A stretch of 63,021 bases of DNA, filler included. It is 10 parts of 10 records of this genome, joined end to end, with 100 filler letters (N's around TTAATTAATTAA, not from the genome) between each part and the next. Parts side by side here need not be neighbours in the genome. Positions count along the whole stretch, not along the records: positions 19,412 to 24,937 come from SRR31156797_48343; positions 25,038 to 30,510 come from SRR31156797_48353; 8 more parts are not named here. The stretch is one strand, 5' to 3'. Position 1 is the first letter of the stretch. Each line of letters begins with the position of its first letter. This document shows positions 19,412 through 27,679 of the stretch, in pieces. Under the pieces are notes generated by a model, which did not search any database, was not told where the DNA came from, and saw nothing but the letters and a program-made list of their open reading frames with translations. A program made the position numbers and the translations under genes.

Positions 19412-19426
19412 CATAGCAGTCCTCCT
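19412..19426 (-). other. RBS and start codon of a gene cut off at the contig edge
   Basis: Minus strand AGGAGGactgctATG ends exactly at the edge. Confidence 0.5.
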
Positions 19427-19885
19427 GTCCCCCACAATTCTAAATTGATGTTACACATACCCTTTGCGCCGCTTGAAGTTAGATGCGACCTCCTTCCCTG
19501 AAAGACTCACCATGAGACCGTTGTGAATTGAGGCTACCGATTTCCATATGGATAGAGTATTGCCAAACGCGGAGTCTGTGGGGCGCCGATGATCACCTGC
19601 CCGTCCGAACCTCCCTGTCACTGCAGAATGAATGTGGCCTCCAACCTCCGAGTGTGAGAATCGCAGGTACTACAGCATGCCGCCCCGCGGTCAGCCTACA
19701 TCCACGGAACGAACCACACCATTTCAGTCTGCCTTTTTGCCGGAGGTAAGTCAATTGTGGAAACTACGTATTTTCGCCCTTTGAGTGAAAAAAACCGCGT
19801 TTTTGGATCGGGGCAGGACGGTATGTTCTGTGTGTCGGCGCCGGGCCCCGTCGCCCGGGAGCGGATCGGTGGTCCAAAGCCCGGA

Positions 19886-20362
19886 TTACTCTTGGACGTG
19901 GGCCAGTTGGCGCGGATCGCGGCCCTGCTCGATCGCTTCGATCTCGCGGATCAGCCGCTCGGAACGCCCGTGTCCCTCGTAATCCGTATCGAGCCAGGTC
20001 TCAACAATCTTCTTGATCAGATTCTCACCCAGTAATTCCCCGGACAGACACAGTACATTGGCGTTGAAGTGGACTCGGGCGCCGTGGGCATCAAATTCGT
20101 CGCAGCATCGGGCCGCCCGCACGCCCCGGACCTTGTTGGCTGACATGCTCATCCCCACGCCCGTGGTGCAGAGCAGAACGGCCGTATCGGCCTCGCCCCG
20201 AACGACCGCTGTCGCGGCGGCATAGGCGAAGTCCGGACAATCGCAAACGGTCTCGCCTTTCGGGCCCAAGTCGACCCATTCATCCCCGTGCCCTTCAATC
20301 GCGGATCTGACGCAATCGGCTCCTCTGCGACCCCGGTGGTCGTAGGCAATGGCTACCCTCAT
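19886..20362 (-). CDS. rpiB: RpiB/LacA/LacB-family sugar-phosphate isomerase
   Basis: DH.G, C.TG.G....ANKV.GVRAA, H.NANVL; start MRVAIAY at 20362. Confidence 0.85.
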   Translation of the reverse strand: MRVAIAYDHRGRRGADCVRSAIEGHGDEWVDLGPKGETVCDCPDFAYAAATAVVRGEADTAVLLCTTGVGMSMSANKVRGVRAARCCDEFDAHGARVHFNANVLCLSGELLGENLIKKIVETWLDTDYEGHGRSERLIREIEAIEQGRDPRQLAHVQE

Positions 20363-20719
20363 CGTTCGCCCCCTTTCAACGTTTCCCGTCAATGGCCTTC
20401 CTGCTGGAGAGCACACAAGGGATTGCGACGAATCCCCCGGACTCGGTCGGCTCACTCTCAACCAGGATTGTACCCGAGCCCCCCGGCCGGTGGCAACCAT
20501 CTACCGCAAGAACGCCGCAAAGCCCGGCCGACTAAGCAAAAGGCTGAGTCCGATCAGCCTTTTGCCTATCAACAAATCCAACTTACGCGTCGAACTATAA
20601 TATGGTTTTTCGGTAAAATAGACTCTGTGTTTCCTGCAGAGGGATGATGCTGGTCACCAGACGAAAATAGGGTCTTCCGTCGAAGGAATCGACGGCGGGC
20701 CGGTTGGGAGGCAACAGCG

Positions 20720-21103
20720 ATGTACAAGTTGAACCCACAAGTCGATACGAGTGGCACAGACGGCCTGACGCTCTTCGAGTTTCCACCCGTCGGCCTGGTA
20801 GAACTCTTCGGTGAGACCGCCGACAGCGACGGCTACAAGGTTTCCCGCAAGCACGTTTTCACCAGCGACCGGGGCGATGTCTTCACCGTCTACGACTGGA
20901 AGCAAACCACCCTGTATCGGGGCCAGGGCAGCGGCGCTCCGACGCCGGAGGAATTCTGGCACAGCCGAGAACTGAAGTTTCTCCGCATCGGCGGCCGGGC
21001 CGGCAGCAATCCCCGCCCCTTCGTCAAGTGGCTACAGGGCCAGTACGAACTGCGTGCTGCGGCACGTGAGCTTCGCCGCACCGCCGGCGGTGAGCGTCCC
21101 TAG
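20720..21103 (+). CDS. hypothetical protein
   Basis: GGGAGG RBS, GC3-rich codons, 127 aa. Confidence 0.75.
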   Translation: MYKLNPQVDTSGTDGLTLFEFPPVGLVELFGETADSDGYKVSRKHVFTSDRGDVFTVYDWKQTTLYRGQGSGAPTPEEFWHSRELKFLRIGGRAGSNPRPFVKWLQGQYELRAAARELRRTAGGERP

Positions 21104-21335
21104 GGATTTCAAGCCCGCTGGCGACCCTCATCAGCCGAGATCGACTGTGCTCCAACATCGACGGTCGCAGACCGGTCTCGAGTGCGATTCCACCGCCGTC
21201 GCAGTGGTTCCCATCGCCTGCGGAGACCACGCATTTCACCCCGCAGGCATCATTTCTGCCGTGACATGAAGGCAAATATTGATACCCTAGGCTCATGGAA
21301 GAGTAACGTTCCTGGAGTTGTAAGGGAGAATCGCC

Positions 21336-22688
21336 ATGAAGAAGAGACGCCTTGTCATTGGTTTGAGCCTTGCCGTCGTTGGCCTGGCAGTCCTCGTGTT
21401 GGTCGGGCCGCGAGCCTGGCTGGCGATTCAGGGGGTGGAGAAGCTCAGTGGCCCCCAGGAAGGGATCCCCAAGCCTGTGGCGACGCCCGAACCTATTCGC
21501 GCCGGCCAGACGGACTGGCCCTGCTGGCGCGGCCCCAATAGTGACGGCATCAGCCCGGTCGTCGGCATCCGCACCGACTGGTCCACCGGCCTCAAGAAGC
21601 TCTGGGAAGTCAATTTCCTTTGCCAGGGCTCACGCACCCCCGCGTGGTCGGAGCCGGTGGTGCGGGGCAACCGTCTCGTCGTGCCGGGCCGGGACGAGAC
21701 GAGTGATCTGATCTTCTGTCTGGACCCTGCGACCGGAGCGGTGATCTGGACCCAGTCGTACCACGCCATGACCCTCCGCGCCCGGCACGGCCCCGGGCCC
21801 CGCGCGACGCCCTACATCGATGACGACCGCGTCTACACTTTCGGCCGGCACGGCGACCTGGCCTGCTGGCAGCTGGCCGACGGCGCTCCCGTCTGGAAGT
21901 GCAACGTCGAAGACCTCGGCGGCGCAGCGCCCCACTGGGGCCATTCCTCCTCCCCGTTCGTCTACCAGGACAAGGTCTTCGTCCAGGGCGGAGGCAAGGC
22001 CCTCGTCGTCGCCTGCGACAAGATGACGGGCCAGCTCGTCTGGAAGGCCCTGGAGGGCCTGGCGGGCTACGCGGCTATCACGCCACTGCGGGTGGGCGAT
22101 GCAACGAAATTGCTGGTCTTTCACGGGACGGGGCTCGTCTGCCTCAACCCGACCGACGGCACCGTCCTATGGGATGTTCCCTGGGAGACGAAGTACGACG
22201 TCAACGCCACCACGCCTATCGTCGCGGACCAGACGATCTTCATTACCTCGGGCTACGGCACCGGCGGCCAGGCCCTGGTCGTCCAAGACGGCGGCGTCGA
22301 GTCGCTTTGGCGTAACGACGCCATCGCATCGCACCATTCAGACCCCGCCCTTATCGATGGTTTCATCTACGGCTATTCGGGCCAGAGCAACCAGAACCGG
22401 GGCGATTTCAAATGCGTCGAGCTGGAAACCGGGGCCGAGAAGTGGAGTACGGGCGAAATCGGCTGGGGCACGTTCGTCCAGGTCGACGGCCACTTGATCT
22501 GCCAGGACATCAAGGGCAACCTCTTTTTGGTCAGGCCCGACTCGAACGCGTTTACCAAAGTCACGGAAATGAAGGCGGCCCTGGGCGACGTCAGCAACCC
22601 GGCCTGGACCGTCCCGACCGTCGCCAACGGCAAGCTCTACCTCCGCTACATGCAGCGCCTGATCTGCTACGACTTGATGGAGGAGTGA
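21336..22688 (+). CDS. PQQ-binding-like beta-propeller protein (BamB-like, planctomycete type)
   Basis: N-terminal TM, DWP.WRGP..DG, repeated C.D..TG...W and SSP/ATP motifs, P.VANGKLYLR. Confidence 0.9.
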   Translation: MKKRRLVIGLSLAVVGLAVLVLVGPRAWLAIQGVEKLSGPQEGIPKPVATPEPIRAGQTDWPCWRGPNSDGISPVVGIRTDWSTGLKKLWEVNFLCQGSRTPAWSEPVVRGNRLVVPGRDETSDLIFCLDPATGAVIWTQSYHAMTLRARHGPGPRATPYIDDDRVYTFGRHGDLACWQLADGAPVWKCNVEDLGGAAPHWGHSSSPFVYQDKVFVQGGGKALVVACDKMTGQLVWKALEGLAGYAAITPLRVGDATKLLVFHGTGLVCLNPTDGTVLWDVPWETKYDVNATTPIVADQTIFITSGYGTGGQALVVQDGGVESLWRNDAIASHHSDPALIDGFIYGYSGQSNQNRGDFKCVELETGAEKWSTGEIGWGTFVQVDGHLICQDIKGNLFLVRPDSNAFTKVTEMKAALGDVSNPAWTVPTVANGKLYLRYMQRLICYDLMEE

Positions 22689-22697
22689 TCGAGCCGG

Positions 22698-23162
22698 TCA
22701 GCCGCGCGGGCCCTCGACAGCGAAGGTGCGATCCCCGTCTGGGTACCTGACCAGATAGACGCTGTCCTCGACGCGAGCGCCGTCTTCATACATCAGCACG
22801 ACCGGGCACTGGGCGCCTTGGGCGCCAGGGCACGGGCTGTATTGCAGGGGCTCAAAGCATGGGTCGCTACCGATGAACTCCATCGCGACGATGTCGGCGA
22901 ACCGGTTCTGGCCCAGCCCGAACAGCTCATCGAAGAATTGCCTGCGCCGGCCTTCCAGTAGCTCGTCTAGCTGCTCGCGTCGGTACAGCGGGTCGATATA
23001 CCGGTCCAGGATCAACTCCTCGTCATGTTCCAGCACCGCCCGGCGATACCCTGCCAGAAACACCGTGACCTCGTCGGATGCGTAAGCGCGCTGAAGTCGC
23101 CGCTGCCCCGAGCAACAGGACAGCACCAGAACCATCGCACAGATTGGGAACACTTTTGCCAT
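22698..23162 (-). CDS. hypothetical exported protein or lipoprotein
   Basis: GGAG RBS then MAKVFPICAMVLVLSCC signal-like N-terminus; codon bias fits the fragment. Confidence 0.6.
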   Translation of the reverse strand: MAKVFPICAMVLVLSCCSGQRRLQRAYASDEVTVFLAGYRRAVLEHDEELILDRYIDPLYRREQLDELLEGRRRQFFDELFGLGQNRFADIVAMEFIGSDPCFEPLQYSPCPGAQGAQCPVVLMYEDGARVEDSVYLVRYPDGDRTFAVEGPRG

Positions 23163-23327
23163 GAGGCACTCCATCCTCGATCGACTCGGCGGATCAGCAC
23201 CGATCATAGTCGGCCGACACCAGCGTGACAAGGCCGGCGTCGGATGTCGTCTTTGACTTGCCCGATCGGCACGGCGCTGGCACAATACCAGCCTGTGGGG
23301 AGAACGCCAGCTATTGAAGGAGTGTGT

Positions 23328-23669
23328 ATGGCTAATTTCGAGGTGGCCCATTTCGATGAGATTGACCCGGTCAAGTGCCCCTGTGGGTTCGCCCAGCGGG
23401 CGTTCGCCTTACCCGACAACGAGACCGCGACGATGCACGTCGTCGAGATCCAGGCGGATGCCAAGGTCCACTACCACAAGAGCCACACCGAGATCTATCT
23501 CGTCCTCGAAGGCCAGGGCCATATGGAACTGGACGGCGAACTGATCCCCGTCAAGCCCTTCAGCACGATCCTGATCAAACCGGGGTGCCGCCACCGTGCC
23601 GTCGGCCGGCTCCGCATCGTCAACGTCTGCATCCCCCCCTTCGACCCCGCCGACGAATGGTTTGATTAG
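23328..23669 (+). CDS. cupin-domain protein
   Basis: AAGGAG RBS; H.H....EIY.VLEG.G and PG.RH cupin motifs; CPCG. Confidence 0.9.
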   Translation: MANFEVAHFDEIDPVKCPCGFAQRAFALPDNETATMHVVEIQADAKVHYHKSHTEIYLVLEGQGHMELDGELIPVKPFSTILIKPGCRHRAVGRLRIVNVCIPPFDPADEWFD

Positions 23670-23701
23670 CATCCCAGCCGTCCTGGTGGTATAATGAACG
23701 T

Positions 23702-23890
23702 ATGATTCGCAAGGTCGCCAAGCTGTATCACATGGACGAATACGATGAGGTGAGAGAGAACCTGCGCTATTGGCTCAGTCGCCCGCCGGAAGAACGCCTC
23801 GACGCGGTCGATGAGCTGCGCCGTCAAGCCTATGGAGATTCCCAACGACTTCAAAGAGTTGCTCGAGTTGTTCAACAGTCACAAGGTTGA
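23702..23890 (+). CDS. small protein (putative antitoxin or partner)
   Basis: 62 aa with YWLSRPPEERL..V..LR; overlaps the downstream nucleotidyltransferase gene. Confidence 0.7.
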   Translation: MIRKVAKLYHMDEYDEVRENLRYWLSRPPEERLDAVDELRRQAYGDSQRLQRVARVVQQSQG

Positions 23891-24275
23891 ATACCTCATC
23901 GTCGGGGGCTATGCCCTCGCCTTCCACGGTGCACCGCGCGTCACCGGTGATATTGATCTGTTTGTCCACCCGACCCGCGAAAACGCCGAGCGCATTCTTG
24001 CCGCGCTCGTCGAGTTTGGCTTTGGATCATTGGAGTTATCGGTCGACGAGCTTACCAAACCCGGTATGGTCGTCCAACTCGGCGTGCCTCCCGTTCGGAT
24101 TGACATCATCACCAGAGTCAGCGGCGTTTCTTGGGAAAAGGCGGACGCCGCGAAAGTCCCCGGCCGCTATGGTGACACCCCGGTCCACTTCATCAGCCGC
24201 GACGATTTCATCGCCAACAAAAAAGCCACCGGCCGCCTAAAAGACGCCGCCGACATCGAAGCCCTTGGTGAATGA
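23832..24275 (+). CDS. minimal Pol-beta-superfamily nucleotidyltransferase
   Basis: VEYLIVGGYA...HG.PR.T.DID, RIDI, K.ATGR.KD..D. Confidence 0.85.
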   Translation: MEIPNDFKELLELFNSHKVEYLIVGGYALAFHGAPRVTGDIDLFVHPTRENAERILAALVEFGFGSLELSVDELTKPGMVVQLGVPPVRIDIITRVSGVSWEKADAAKVPGRYGDTPVHFISRDDFIANKKATGRLKDAADIEALGE

Positions 24276-24585
24276 CTGTTTCTCGCGTGGCAGCGGCAAG
24301 CGCTTGCCGATGGTGGCTCCGGACTTACCCAAACTCTCCCACGCAGTTGCCATGCCTGTGCTTGACGCCAACGCCCCATCTGTCATGTTGATCGGAGCAA
24401 CGCGCAGTCGAAACATCTGGCTTTGGGACGCAGACGATATCTCGATCCCGAGCCGGATGCTTCACTGACGTTCAGCATGACACCGCACCGAAGAAATGCC
24501 GTGGAACGCTAACGCTTCCACTGAAAACGACGCTAGGTGGTAATAGGACCTAGCGCAAGATGTCACGACTCTTGATCTTGCTCAG

Positions 24586-24888
24586 TTAGTTCATGCTATT
24601 CCATTTGAACAGGCGGCGCTCGTTTCGCGGATCACAGTATGTTCTCATGCCATGGTCGTTCGCGAGAATCTTGCCGAACGAGCGGTGCCATGATTTCGAG
24701 TCCTCGTCTACTGTAACCGTGATATGATCCCGGTCGATGTGCAAATCTTGGTAGCTGTGCAAGCCCTTGACGTGGCTGTTCTTGACGCCATCGCGAATAC
24801 GCTCCAGGACCGCTTCGATGGCCGGAGACTTCGTTTTCAGATCCAATTGAGGACGCGGGTGGACTAGCTGAACGGTATAGCGGATCAT
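24586..24888 (-). CDS. hypothetical protein
   Basis: AAAGGAG RBS, 100 aa, followed by hairpin CGCTAGGT...ACCTAGCG (24531-24555). Confidence 0.65.
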   Translation of the reverse strand: MIRYTVQLVHPRPQLDLKTKSPAIEAVLERIRDGVKNSHVKGLHSYQDLHIDRDHITVTVDEDSKSWHRSFGKILANDHGMRTYCDPRNERRLFKWNSMN

Positions 24889-24937
24889 AGTCTCTCCTTT
24901 CCAAGCAATGGCGACGATTGATTCGACGTCGGAGAAT

Positions 24938-25037
24938 NNNNNNNNNNNNNNNNNNNNNNNNNNNNNNNNNNNNNNNNNNNNTTAATTAATTAANNNNNNN
25001 NNNNNNNNNNNNNNNNNNNNNNNNNNNNNNNNNNNNN
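24938..25037. other. artificial contig spacer
   Basis: N44-TTAATTAATTAA-N44. Confidence 0.98.
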
Positions 25038-25039
25038 AG

Positions 25040-25258
25040 GCCAATTATGATATTCGTACTATACAGGCCCTACTGGACCACAGTGATGTTCGAACAACCA
25101 TGATATATACCCTGACCGTGCCGTCCAGGACAAGGCAACACTATATATGTCGTTATAGGGCAAGACATATCTCGGCTCCGCGGAGTCTTATACCCTGTGC
25201 ATGCGATGCGCTCTATGCTCGGGAACCGGGGGATATCAAATGTCTCCGGCATGCGTAA
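25040..25258 (+). pseudogene. C-terminal fragment of integron-integrase-like tyrosine recombinase, apparently degenerate
   Basis: Manual translation gives ANYDIRTIQALLDHSDVRTTMIYTLTVPSRT..., matching the IntI box II pattern YDIRT.Q.LLGH.DV.TTMIYTH with G>D and H>L changes. Not in the ORF track. Confidence 0.75.
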
Positions 25259-25323
25259 TATCCATTCCGGAGCTGTTGGGGAAGGTCTGAGAGCACAATC
25301 CCAACATGTACGCCATTGAGAAG

Positions 25324-25893
25324 TCATTCTTTATTTTTCAATGTCTTTCCAGCTTTCCAGGCATGGCCGATACAGTCTCCAATAGACCAGAATTGATTGT
25401 CCGGCATGGTTAGGACAAAAGGTTTTATCTTCTCAATATCCGGGTTACCGTCGGTCATAAAGCGTTCTTTACACCAGGTCCCAATGATTTCACCAATAAA
25501 AAAAGTGTTGGTGGGCAATTCCACGGTCTCATATAATTTACATTCCAGCGCCAGAGGACAGTCTTTGATCATTGGCGCTTGTGCCAATTCTCCATAGTAA
25601 GATTCAAACAGCGTGGATTTATCTTTGCGTTTTCCTGAAACCAGGCCCACATAATCTGTAATTTAAACCATATCCACAGATGGGAAATTAATGCTGAATT
25701 GCCCGGTTTCACGGATTGCCTTATTTGATGCATGGCCGTTGTTGACACCAATTCCGATGAGTTGGGGTTTGAAATTGACCCGGGTAACCCACCCCAGGGC
25801 CATGTAGTTAGGCTTGCCTTCATAATGGGTTCCGAGAATGGAATGGGGCATGGGCAGAGTAAAACCATGTGTGCCGATGTTGATTTTTTCCAT
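25324..25893 (-). pseudogene. flavin reductase (flavoredoxin/DIM6-NTAB) family gene with one in-frame TAA
   Basis: The two ORF-track pieces share a frame: ...SVDMV*ITDYVGLVSG..., stop at 25663-25665; GGAGG RBS. Confidence 0.85.
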
Positions 25894-26275
25894 ATGTTCC
25901 TCCTTTTTTTCTTTTAACCTACATTCGGCACCCTAAATTCAGTATATTGTTCAATTAGTGACTCAACAAACCGAATAATATTCTGATAGGCCAGCGAAAT
26001 AAGAATAATTGATATCCTCTCAATAACAGGGTGGATAATCAAAAAAATAAAACCACTATATATTGATTTAAAAATACTACAAAATCAACATGTGGGGTGC
26101 GGAATGCAGGTTTTAATAGAAAATTCCTTTTTTAAAAGCAAGGTGCTTCGGCAGAATTTATAAAATTACGAAAGCCTGTAAAAATTTCACATATTTTTGA
26201 CATTTATTTCACGCGGACTTGACGCCCACTTTTTTATACTCCCTATAAATAACAACGCACTCAGGAGATAAAAAA

Positions 26276-27679
26276 ATGCAAGCATGGTCCGCGAAAAGGA
26301 TAAAAGAAGCCATTCTTATGGCACTGGCCTGTATGATTGTTGTGGTTGTTGGTGTTTTCGGCATGATCGGCCTGGCATCTTCTAAACGCCCGCCCGCAAT
26401 AAAACCGCCAATATCCAAAGAGTTAACTGTTTCTGTTGTTCCGGTTGAAGAAGCTCAAATCCGGCTGACCGCGGTTGGGTATGGTCAAGCTTCGCCAATC
26501 AACGTGACCGAGATCTGCCCCCAGGTATCGGGCAATATCGTTGAAAAGCATCCGGCCCTGGACCAGGGCGGCATGGTGGAAAAGGGCGTGGTGCTGATCA
26601 AAATCGATGATACGGATTATGCCATTGAAGAGATGAAGGCCCGGGCCCAGGTGGCGTTATCTGAAAATGCCATTGCCCAATACCGGGTCTCCTGGGAACG
26701 AGACAAGGATCGCCTTAAATCCATTAAAAAGAATACTGCGTTAGCAAAGGCTGAATACACACGGTTGAAAACGTTGTATAAAACAGACAGGGTTGGCACC
26801 TTGTCGGATGTGGAAGCTGCCGAGCAAAGCTACAATACGCTTCTGAACACGGAAAAAATCCTGGTGAAAGCCATTCTTTTGTATCCCCTTCAGATCAATG
26901 AAGCCAAAAGTGATCTTGCCAAGGATAAGGCAGACCTTAAAACCGCTGAGTTGAACCTGGAGCGGTGTGTGATCCGGGCACCTTTTTCCGGCAGGGTCCA
27001 GTCAGAATCCGTTGAGACCGGCACGTATATCACGGCCGGCGCCACGGCCTTAACCCTGGCCGATGACAGTACGCTTGAAATTCAGGTGCCCTTGAGTGAC
27101 AAAGACGCCTTCGAGACTCTTGGACTTAGAAGGGGAACCGGTCAATATGCCTGGTTCTCCGGTCTTGACACCATCGCCTGCTGCCTTGAATCGGTTACAG
27201 GCAAGACCTTTGCCGCCACGACCGCCAAGATTCACAGGGCTGTGCAGTATGATGCTGACTCCAGGACCCTTTACCTGGCGGTCCGGGCATCTGGTACACA
27301 AACGCAGGGTAACGGGAGTCCGGACGCGAACCAGTCCCCGGAGTCTGCCACAGGCTTCGGTAGTGTTCCCCTGCTGGACGGCATGTTCTGCAAGGTCTAT
27401 TTTGAGGGCCGTGCAGTGAACCATGCGATCAAAGCCCCTAGGTTTTCTTTGAATTCAGATGATACCGTTTTTGTGGCCCGGGACATGCGGCTGAAAATCC
27501 TTGCGGTTGAGACAGTTATGTCCGACGGGGATTACGTTTATGTGACCGGCGCGTTTGAACCTGGGGACAGCCTGATTACCACGTCGTTGACCAACCCCAT
27601 AGAAAATACCCGCCTGGCCTTTATTGTGCCTGAATCGGCGGGCCGACTTGCCATGGCCCCAGGAGGCAACATCGAATGA
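26276..27679 (+). CDS. RND efflux periplasmic adaptor subunit
   Basis: N-terminal TM, PQVSG lipoyl half, coiled coil, IRAPFSGRV. Confidence 0.9.
   Translation: MQAWSAKRIKEAILMALACMIVVVVGVFGMIGLASSKRPPAIKPPISKELTVSVVPVEEAQIRLTAVGYGQASPINVTEICPQVSGNIVEKHPALDQGGMVEKGVVLIKIDDTDYAIEEMKARAQVALSENAIAQYRVSWERDKDRLKSIKKNTALAKAEYTRLKTLYKTDRVGTLSDVEAAEQSYNTLLNTEKILVKAILLYPLQINEAKSDLAKDKADLKTAELNLERCVIRAPFSGRVQSESVETGTYITAGATALTLADDSTLEIQVPLSDKDAFETLGLRRGTGQYAWFSGLDTIACCLESVTGKTFAATTAKIHRAVQYDADSRTLYLAVRASGTQTQGNGSPDANQSPESATGFGSVPLLDGMFCKVYFEGRAVNHAIKAPRFSLNSDDTVFVARDMRLKILAVETVMSDGDYVYVTGAFEPGDSLITTSLTNPIENTRLAFIVPESAGRLAMAPGGNIE

Noticed and set aside
24294-24309. 16-bp palindrome CGGCAAGCGCTTGCCG
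   Set aside because: Single copy, no U tract and no context to assign a function.
25663-25665. Selenocysteine recoding in the flavin reductase
   Set aside because: Codon is TAA, not TGA.
25324-25930. Flavin reductase as an integron cassette
   Set aside because: It is convergent with and downstream of the intI-like tail, and no convincing attC pairing was found by eye.
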